From contig CAVYGN010000002.1 of NCBI GenBank assembly GCA_963768055.1, forward strand, positions 960,001 to 1,024,000: DNA of 64,000 nt, in the 5' to 3' direction. This DNA comes from an uncultured Spirochaetota bacterium. Lineage in GTDB: Bacteria > Spirochaetota > Brevinematia > Brevinematales > JAOACQ01. A program made the position numbers and the translations under genes. Below the pieces are notes generated by a model. It had not been told where the DNA came from and searched no databases. It saw nothing but the letters and a program-made list of their open reading frames with translations. This document shows positions 57,450 through 64,000 of this stretch, piece after piece; the first letter of the stretch is position 1, and every line of letters starts with the position of its first letter.

Positions 57450-58451
57450 ATGTCCAGATCTTTAAAAAGAAAATTGTTAATTGTAGTTGTATTTTTAATC
57501 TTCAGTGCGTTGAATTATCTCTACGGCGGGAATGCAGTTGTTTTCATCTATGCGGCTGTATTGGCCCTTATGACTATTCTTCTGGAAAGTATGTTTTATT
57601 CCAAGAGAGGAATATTTCTTTATTCCCTGCTTGGATTGATAGCGGGTTTCTACAGCGGCAAATTAATGTATGAGCTTTTCAGCCAGATGATGCCTTCACT
57701 CTTCAAGGATCAGATAGGGCTGATAGCCGAGCAGGTCAAACCTTATTTTATACTGGCGTTTTCATACCTCGGATTTATACTTCCCACTCTTTCATCTCAA
57801 AAATACGGCGGATACGCCTTGAATTTTCCATTCGGCGGAGAGCCGGAAAAGAAAAATGACGATGTAAAACTGCTTGACACCAGCGTTATAATCGATGGAA
57901 GGATTGCCGATATAGCCGAAACCGGATTTATTTGCGGTACTCTTATCCTTCCAAAATTTGTTCTTAATGAAATACAGGCCCTGGCGGATTCAAAGGATCC
58001 TATCAAGAGGAGCAGGGCGAGGCGCGGATTGGATGTATTGAACAAGCTTAAAGAAATTCAAACTCTCGACATGAAGATATTTTCCAAGGATTATATGGAT
58101 ATTAAAGGGGTTGACGCGAAATTGATAGCACTGGCCAAAGAACTTTCCGCAAGCATAATAACCAATGATTATAACCTGAATAAAGTTGCAAAGCTTGACA
58201 GTATACAGATCTTGAATTTAAACGATCTTGCTAACGCAATGAAACCTGTCCTGCTTCCGGGTGAAGAAATGGAACTTGATGTTATAAAAGAAGGAAAAGA
58301 GAATAATCAGGGGGTCGGGTATCTTCCCGACGGGACGATGGTTGTCGTGGCTAACGGGATCAATTTTATCGGCAGAAAAATAAATGTGAAGGTCACCAGC
58401 ATACTCCAGACTTCGGCGGGCAGGATCATTTTTACCGAACCTAAGAGGTAG
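57450..58451 (+). CDS. PIN/TRAM domain membrane protein (YacL-like)
   Basis: N-terminal TMs, LDTSVIIDGRI, TNDYNLNKVA, QGVGYL.DGTMVVV, LQTSAGR.IF. Confidence 0.93.
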   Translation: MSRSLKRKLLIVVVFLIFSALNYLYGGNAVVFIYAAVLALMTILLESMFYSKRGIFLYSLLGLIAGFYSGKLMYELFSQMMPSLFKDQIGLIAEQVKPYFILAFSYLGFILPTLSSQKYGGYALNFPFGGEPEKKNDDVKLLDTSVIIDGRIADIAETGFICGTLILPKFVLNEIQALADSKDPIKRSRARRGLDVLNKLKEIQTLDMKIFSKDYMDIKGVDAKLIALAKELSASIITNDYNLNKVAKLDSIQILNLNDLANAMKPVLLPGEEMELDVIKEGKENNQGVGYLPDGTMVVVANGINFIGRKINVKVTSILQTSAGRIIFTEPKR

Positions 58452-58452
58452 C

Positions 58453-58917
58453 ATGCTGAAGATCGGTCTGGGTTACGATTTGCACCGTCTTGTTCACGGT
58501 AGAGCATTTATCCTGGGCGGCGTAATAATAAAAAGCCGCTTCGGGGCTGCGGCACATTCGGACGGTGACGCTTTTATCCATGCCCTTGTAGACTCCATTC
58601 TTTCGCCATTGGGCGCTCCGGATATCGGTGTGTTATACCCCGACAGCGACGACTCGATTAAAGGGATTAACAGTATCTCGATGCTGAAATGCGTGAGGGA
58701 TAATTACCTGCTTAATTGCAGGATTATCAATATCGACGGTGTAGTGATACTCGACAGTCCTAAGATTTACCCCTATATACCTGAAATGAGGAAAACGATT
58801 GCGGAAGTACTTGGTATTTCAAGCGACAGGATAGGAATTAAGGGTAAAACATCGGAGCATACGAGACCTTTCACAGTCGAATGCCATGTGGTTACCCTGC
58901 TTGATGGGGACTTTTAA
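58453..58917 (+). CDS. ispF: 2-C-methyl-D-erythritol 2,4-cyclodiphosphate synthase
   Basis: IG.GYDLH, HSDGD..IHA, DIG..YPD, IKGKTSE. Confidence 0.95.
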   Translation: MLKIGLGYDLHRLVHGRAFILGGVIIKSRFGAAAHSDGDAFIHALVDSILSPLGAPDIGVLYPDSDDSIKGINSISMLKCVRDNYLLNCRIINIDGVVILDSPKIYPYIPEMRKTIAEVLGISSDRIGIKGKTSEHTRPFTVECHVVTLLDGDF

Positions 58918-58928
58918 AGGAGGAAAAC

Positions 58929-60002
58929 GTGAGACAGAAAAAAGATAAAAAAAATATGACATTCAAGGAAAAATTGATAGATAATATCAATGTCTTCCTG
59001 TCGGCGTATGCGATAGCATTTGTGATCAGGCTATTCGCAGTCGAGGCATATCAGATACCATCGCAGTCAATGGTCCCGAGTCTTCTGGTAAAGGATATCC
59101 TGATGGTCGAAAAGGTTACGATGGGTTCACGGGTCCCGATCATTAACTGGAAAATACCGGGCCTTGTCAAGGCCGATAGAAACGACATTATCGTTTTCGT
59201 GACCCCGGCCTGGAAAAGCCCGGGGATTGACAGAGAGATCATTTCGCTTCTGTCCTTATCATTAATAAATCTCGATAACACTTTCGATAATCCTAAAAAC
59301 CTTGTAAAACGGCTCGTCGGCATACCGGGCGACAGGATATCGATGACGAACCAGACGCTTATGATTAACGGACAAACGGTGACAAAGGAACTCGTACGCT
59401 CTGCTGTCCCTGAAAGCAGTTATGAACAGCTTGTAAAAAGGCGCGAGAGGCTGTTTTTCGACCTTTACCAGGAAGAATTCATGGGCAAAAAAAGGATAAT
59501 CCAGCATATTTACGAGGGAATACCGGCGGCGAAGGATGATTATTTAGGCATATCCTCATTTAGAGGGGTTGCCGCTGATAATGAAGAAGCCTATTTTCAA
59601 AGCCAGAATGCCGCTTATATCAAGAGAACGGTACTTAATAACAATTTTTCCGAAATTTATGTGCCGAAAAAGGGTGATGTCATTACCTTTAAAGATAAAA
59701 ACGACTATTACAGGGGATTATTGAAACTGCTTGTAGAAAGAGAGTCCGGTAAAATCGTTATAATAACAAACGGCGCTTTTTATATCGATGGAAATGAACT
59801 TCAGAACTGGAAAATCAGGGATAATTATTATTTCTGCATGGGAGACGACAGGGACTTGAGCTATGACTGCCGTTATTTCGGTTTTATTCCCGAAAAAAAT
59901 ATTTTCGGGAAACCTCTCTTCCGGTATTGGCCTTTTACAAGGTTCGGATTCGGGGTCGATGAGAATTCAAATTCCGTAAAAAGCCACAATTTTGAAGACT
60001 AG
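58929..60002 (+). CDS. lepB: Signal peptidase I
   Basis: IPSQSMVP (Ser), VKRLVG.PGD (Lys), YFCMGDDR..S.DCRYFGF.P. Confidence 0.93.
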   Translation: MRQKKDKKNMTFKEKLIDNINVFLSAYAIAFVIRLFAVEAYQIPSQSMVPSLLVKDILMVEKVTMGSRVPIINWKIPGLVKADRNDIIVFVTPAWKSPGIDREIISLLSLSLINLDNTFDNPKNLVKRLVGIPGDRISMTNQTLMINGQTVTKELVRSAVPESSYEQLVKRRERLFFDLYQEEFMGKKRIIQHIYEGIPAAKDDYLGISSFRGVAADNEEAYFQSQNAAYIKRTVLNNNFSEIYVPKKGDVITFKDKNDYYRGLLKLLVERESGKIVIITNGAFYIDGNELQNWKIRDNYYFCMGDDRDLSYDCRYFGFIPEKNIFGKPLFRYWPFTRFGFGVDENSNSVKSHNFED

Positions 60003-60064
60003 ATCCGGTATTAAATTTCCTTTTCCATTTTGTCAGACTAATATATTATTGAGGTTATATATTT

Positions 60065-62623
60065 ATGAAGAAGAACAAATCTCTTGAAATAAAAAAGGGC
60101 CCGAATTGGCCGATCTATGTCGGCGTATTCCTTGTGTCCCTTTCCATTCTTTGCCTGGAGGTTATATTAAACAGGATGTTTTCCCTGACTTTCTGGTATC
60201 ACTTCGGTTTTATCATATTGTCGGTTGCACTGTTCGGTATAGGCTTCGGAGGGTTACTTGTCTTCTTCACAAACCGCTATTTGAAAAATTTCGCAATTAT
60301 TACCCTGGTCGCGGTCTCCGTTTGTCTGGCAGCGTCGATCCCATTCGCCCTTTTAGAGATCAACAGGATACCGCTTGAAATGAATGTTATGTCCGAATAT
60401 CCCATTCATAATAATTATACTTCTAAACTGTCGGCTGTTATCGAAAAGTCGGGTATTACCGATGGAGAGAAGACCAGCCTGAAAAGTATTTTAAAACAAA
60501 TCATACAGCCGCCCATCGATGCAGGTCAAATAACCAATCTCCGGAACGAGATATCCAAATCGTCCTTTACGAAAAGTCAGAAGTCCGTCCTCTACAAGCT
60601 GGTGAACCAGAACTCGCAGAAGGAATATTTCACCCTATTTCTCATGATACTACTTATACCCTTCATATTCGCGGGGTATATATTTTCTTTCATGTTTACC
60701 AATTTCAAGGAACATATCAACACGATCTACTTTTTCGATCTTGTCGGCGGGGGTATAGGCTGTTTTTTCGCGCTTATGATATTTCCCCATAACGGGCCTC
60801 TTGTCGTTTCTTTTATTATTTCCATCATTGTGATCATAGCAGCAGCGATTTTTGCCTTCGAGAGGCATTTTATCTTTGCTGTAGCTGTGGCCCTCCTCGC
60901 AGTCGCCGATTTCTATTATATTTATCCGCTTGTTAAAAACACGGAGGTTAGGGTAAGTGAAGAGAAAAGGAATGTAAACTCTTATAAAGATAAAATCCAG
61001 TCTGATTGGGATAATTTCGGTTATGTGGCCGTCCACAGAAGGACCCCGGAAACATGGGTCTTCACGGTTGATTATTCATGTTTTACATACCTCTATCATG
61101 TTACGCAGACCAATGACCTCTCGATGTTTAAAACTGTCCTGCGGACCCAGTATTATCCCTATGTAATTAAGAAGGATCCCGCGAATGTAGGTATTGTCGG
61201 GGTCGGTGCCGGAAAGGATATTATCCTTGCCCTTGCAGCCGGAGCGAAAAATGTCAATGGAGCGGAGTTTAACAGCACGATCTATAACCTATTCAACAAT
61301 GTTTACAGTAAAAGACTGGGAGATATCGGGCACAGGACAAACGTTCACATAGAATTCCAGGAGGGGCGGTTCTTTATCCGCTCGTCAGAGAAAAAATACG
61401 ATGTACTTGTTTTCGACAACTCGATCTCCCAGGTGGCAGTATCTTCCGGTTCTTTCACACTTGCTGAAAGCTACCTTTTCACTGTCGAGGGGATGATCGA
61501 CTATATTACCCACCTGAAAACTGACGGGATCTTATATCTTTCCAATCCTTATGTTGACGGGCCGAGATTTGTAACGGTGCTCCGGGAGGCTTTCAGGAGA
61601 CTGGGTAAAGATAAGGATTTCGATAGAAGCATCATTATTTTTAACGAACCGGGAGATTATCATAAATGCAAGATCCTCGTTAAGAACGGGATATTCACGG
61701 AAAATGAAACAGCGCTGCTTGCCGCTTACGGCAAATCTATCGGCCAGGGATTAATATATTCTCCATATGCCAAGACAGGCAGCAAGGAAGAAAAACTGGT
61801 AAGATCCGATAATATATTAAGGGAATACTTTCTTTCCGACACCGATATACGGCCTTCAACGGACGACTGGCCGTTTTTTTCCCAGCGTGTTAAACCTGAA
61901 AACACTTCATTGACCAAGGGCGACAACGCCGTTAGTTTTTTCTATCCCCAGCCGTTTTTCCTGCTCAGGGAAGTCACAAGCCAGGTTGTGTTTTATTGCG
62001 CCCTTTTCCTGGTTGTTCCGTTGATTTTCTTAAACCTGAAGGGCCTGAGAAAGCTTCCGCATAAATTCGGGAGCATTATTTATTTCTCATCGCTGGGCCT
62101 GGGATTCATGCTCATAGAGATAGTAATGATGCAGAAATACACCCTTTTGCTCGGACACCCTATTTTCGCCTTCGCCGTGGTGCTTTCATCTCTTTTAATC
62201 AGTTCAGGACTGGGAAGCATGTTCAGCCAGAGGTTTAAAAATCCCTATAAAGCGATCTGGGTGGCCCTTGGAGGGATAGCCTTGACAATGATTTTCTCTT
62301 ACGGCTTTGTTTTTTTACTGGGAACAACAATGATCGGGTGGCCTCTTATTGTCAGGATGATGATAATTATCGTCCTGATTGCGGCGTCGGGATTTTTTAT
62401 GGGGTTTATGATGCCTTCGGGAATCAGGGCAATCTCGGAGAACGAAGAGGGCAGTTCTATACCCTGGATGTGGTCTGTAAATGGAGTATTCTCTGTCCTG
62501 GCGAGTTTTGTAGCAATATATGTCTCGATCATTTTCGGATATACCCTGGTCTTCGTACTAGGGCTTGCCGTTTATGCCATAGGCACCGCCGCGTTTTCGA
62601 TAAGGATGAAATTAAGGAATTGA
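60065..62623 (+). CDS. Multi-TM membrane protein with central spermidine-synthase-like SAM-binding domain
   Basis: Y.FDL.G; VGVGAGKDI, AEFN, EGR.FI, E.YLFT.E, PSTDDWPFF, LGLGFM.IE, LLGHP, W.W.VNG. Confidence 0.8.
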   Translation: MKKNKSLEIKKGPNWPIYVGVFLVSLSILCLEVILNRMFSLTFWYHFGFIILSVALFGIGFGGLLVFFTNRYLKNFAIITLVAVSVCLAASIPFALLEINRIPLEMNVMSEYPIHNNYTSKLSAVIEKSGITDGEKTSLKSILKQIIQPPIDAGQITNLRNEISKSSFTKSQKSVLYKLVNQNSQKEYFTLFLMILLIPFIFAGYIFSFMFTNFKEHINTIYFFDLVGGGIGCFFALMIFPHNGPLVVSFIISIIVIIAAAIFAFERHFIFAVAVALLAVADFYYIYPLVKNTEVRVSEEKRNVNSYKDKIQSDWDNFGYVAVHRRTPETWVFTVDYSCFTYLYHVTQTNDLSMFKTVLRTQYYPYVIKKDPANVGIVGVGAGKDIILALAAGAKNVNGAEFNSTIYNLFNNVYSKRLGDIGHRTNVHIEFQEGRFFIRSSEKKYDVLVFDNSISQVAVSSGSFTLAESYLFTVEGMIDYITHLKTDGILYLSNPYVDGPRFVTVLREAFRRLGKDKDFDRSIIIFNEPGDYHKCKILVKNGIFTENETALLAAYGKSIGQGLIYSPYAKTGSKEEKLVRSDNILREYFLSDTDIRPSTDDWPFFSQRVKPENTSLTKGDNAVSFFYPQPFFLLREVTSQVVFYCALFLVVPLIFLNLKGLRKLPHKFGSIIYFSSLGLGFMLIEIVMMQKYTLLLGHPIFAFAVVLSSLLISSGLGSMFSQRFKNPYKAIWVALGGIALTMIFSYGFVFLLGTTMIGWPLIVRMMIIIVLIAASGFFMGFMMPSGIRAISENEEGSSIPWMWSVNGVFSVLASFVAIYVSIIFGYTLVFVLGLAVYAIGTAAFSIRMKLRN

Positions 62624-63481
62624 CCGGGCTCCGAATATGGTGATAAGATTGGAATAAAGGCCCGGGCTTTTCCAGAAATCCCAGTTATGAGAAAAACCAT
62701 TACCGATCGCCGTTTCGTCTATGACGTCGATATTGGTTAAATGTGAGTTTATCAGGATCTCAGCCTGGGGCCGGAATATGGAATTTTCCTCCGAGAAAAC
62801 ATAGACCGTTGTCTTTTTCATTGTTTTTAATATTTCAAGGGGATTTTCACTTTTCCATTGGTTGTTTTGCCTATCGAAAATCTTTTCATGTATTTTATAT
62901 TCCCCGCTTGACGGCGATAAACTGTAATAATCGAAGGTGCCTGAAAGGCAAACTACGGATCTCACACCGTTAACGAGCGACGCTAGCTTAACGGCCCCCT
63001 CCGAGCCCGTAGAAATTCCTGTGAATATTAACCCTTCCGGCGGTAATTTCTTTTTAAAATAAAGAACAATTTCGGAAAGGACCTTAATGTCCGAAACAGT
63101 TTCATTGGAGGCAGGGACCAGCGGATAAATTGTACTCCCCATGTCCGGGATAAAAAAGATGTCATGATCGAAACACGAGACCTGCTGCAGATTCCAATTT
63201 TTAGCGATAATTCCGGGGTCCTGAAAATAAGGGTCGCCTTCAGGTTTGTAGCCATGCAGGATCCAGACTTCATTTCTTATATTCCTCTCTTCGTAATTTA
63301 TGATTATTAGCGGAATTTTCCTCACGAAAACTCCGCTTCCGTATGTTGCTGTAAAATAATAAATGTTATCGCTTTGCGATGTTATAAATGCGGATATCGA
63401 CACCGCCGGCTGGCAGGAGCAGGAAGAAACGGCTGCTCCTGAAAGGATAATGCAAAAGGATAATAAAATAATTGCTTTCAT
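62612..63481 (-). CDS. Putative alpha/beta-hydrolase (esterase family), probable lipoprotein
   Basis: ILHGY, TGISTG (GxSxG), HNWDFW; N-terminal signal with Cys. Confidence 0.7.
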   Translation of the reverse strand: MKAIILLSFCIILSGAAVSSCSCQPAVSISAFITSQSDNIYYFTATYGSGVFVRKIPLIIINYEERNIRNEVWILHGYKPEGDPYFQDPGIIAKNWNLQQVSCFDHDIFFIPDMGSTIYPLVPASNETVSDIKVLSEIVLYFKKKLPPEGLIFTGISTGSEGAVKLASLVNGVRSVVCLSGTFDYYSLSPSSGEYKIHEKIFDRQNNQWKSENPLEILKTMKKTTVYVFSEENSIFRPQAEILINSHLTNIDVIDETAIGNGFSHNWDFWKSPGLYSNLITIFGARSIP

Positions 63482-63526
63482 ATAGGCTCCTATAATAATC
63501 GATAAATTAAAAATTATAAAGTTTAG

Positions 63527-63610
63527 GTCCTGAAAATTTTTATCCTCTGAAAATCTTCTGTCAACCTTGAGCCGCAGGCTCAGGGTTGGCGGAAGTTTTC
63601 CTTACAGGAC
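63527..63610 (+). other. Long RNA hairpin upstream of mntH
   Basis: CTTCTGTCAACCTTGAGCC-GCA-GGCTCAGGGTTGGCGGAAG, 19-bp stem with three G-U pairs; outer GTCCTG/CAGGAC stem. Confidence 0.6.
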
Positions 63611-63689
63611 TTTAGAAAAAGAAATTTGTCCTTTTGCCGCCCCATTTACTATTATTGTTTGTTTGAATAATTATTAAAGGCGGTGGCGG

Positions 63690-64000
63690 ATGGCTGGCCC
63701 TAAAAAAATGGATAAGGGTGTAATCAGCGAGGCCGAGGCAATACTTTCAAGTTCCGGTAAAAAATATGGCCTTTCAAAGATCCTTCCATTTTTAGGGCCG
63801 GCCTTTATTGCCAGCATCGCTTATATGGACCCCGGGAATTTTGCCACAAATATCCAGGGGGGGTCAGAATTCGGCTATACCCTTATCTGGGTCATTGCGG
63901 CTTCTAACCTTGCTGCTATGCTTATCCAGGTATTATCGGCGAAACTGGGCATCGCGACCGGCATGAACCTTGCGGAGTTGTGCAGGAAAAAACTGAGTTA
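63690..64000 (+). CDS. mntH: Nramp family Mn2+/Fe2+ transporter (5' part, truncated by window end)
   Basis: Translates [63 protein letters not shown] motif; absent from the ORF track because it has no stop in the window. Confidence 0.95.
   Translation, partial: MAGPKKMDKGVISEAEAILSSSGKKYGLSKILPFLGPAFIASIAYMDPGNFATNIQGGSEFGYTLIWVIAASNLAAMLIQVLSAKLGIATGMNLAELCRKKLS

Noticed and set aside
63500..63690. yybP-ykoY riboswitch, SRP RNA or DtxR/MntR box upstream of mntH
   Set aside because: The signature motifs were not found; only an unassigned hairpin is supportable.

Overview
Chromosomal window from a bacterium that is very probably a spirochete: it carries flaA (periplasmic flagellar sheath protein) next to a Maf-family gene. 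About 60 CDS are present, mostly housekeeping (folD, gatB, gpsA, coaX, rpsU, rlmN, pta, coaD, glyA, argS, thyX, carB, hldD/hldE, ispF, lepB, 5' part of mntH), with two small accessory patches holding gene remnants (about 0-5 kb and 26.7-29.4 kb). I recognised no rRNA, tRNA, CRISPR array or intact transposase. Most notable: (1) an ORF-less minus-strand unit at about 41798-42061 with a near-consensus sigma70 promoter overlapped by two TACA-N2-TGTA (BlaI/MecI/CopY-type) palindromes, three hairpins and an intrinsic terminator, i.e. a candidate repressor-controlled sRNA; (2) a spermidine synthase fused to two tandem AdoMet-decarboxylase-like repeats whose catalytic residues are split between the repeats as in the eukaryotic enzyme; (3) two apparent pseudo-enzymes (a tyrosine-recombinase catalytic domain and a class III cyclase lacking key catalytic residues); (4) a near-consensus sigma28 promoter pointing away from flaA; (5) two ~111-bp MITE-like elements upstream of argS and carB. 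All calls come from reading motifs by eye; no database search or folding was run.
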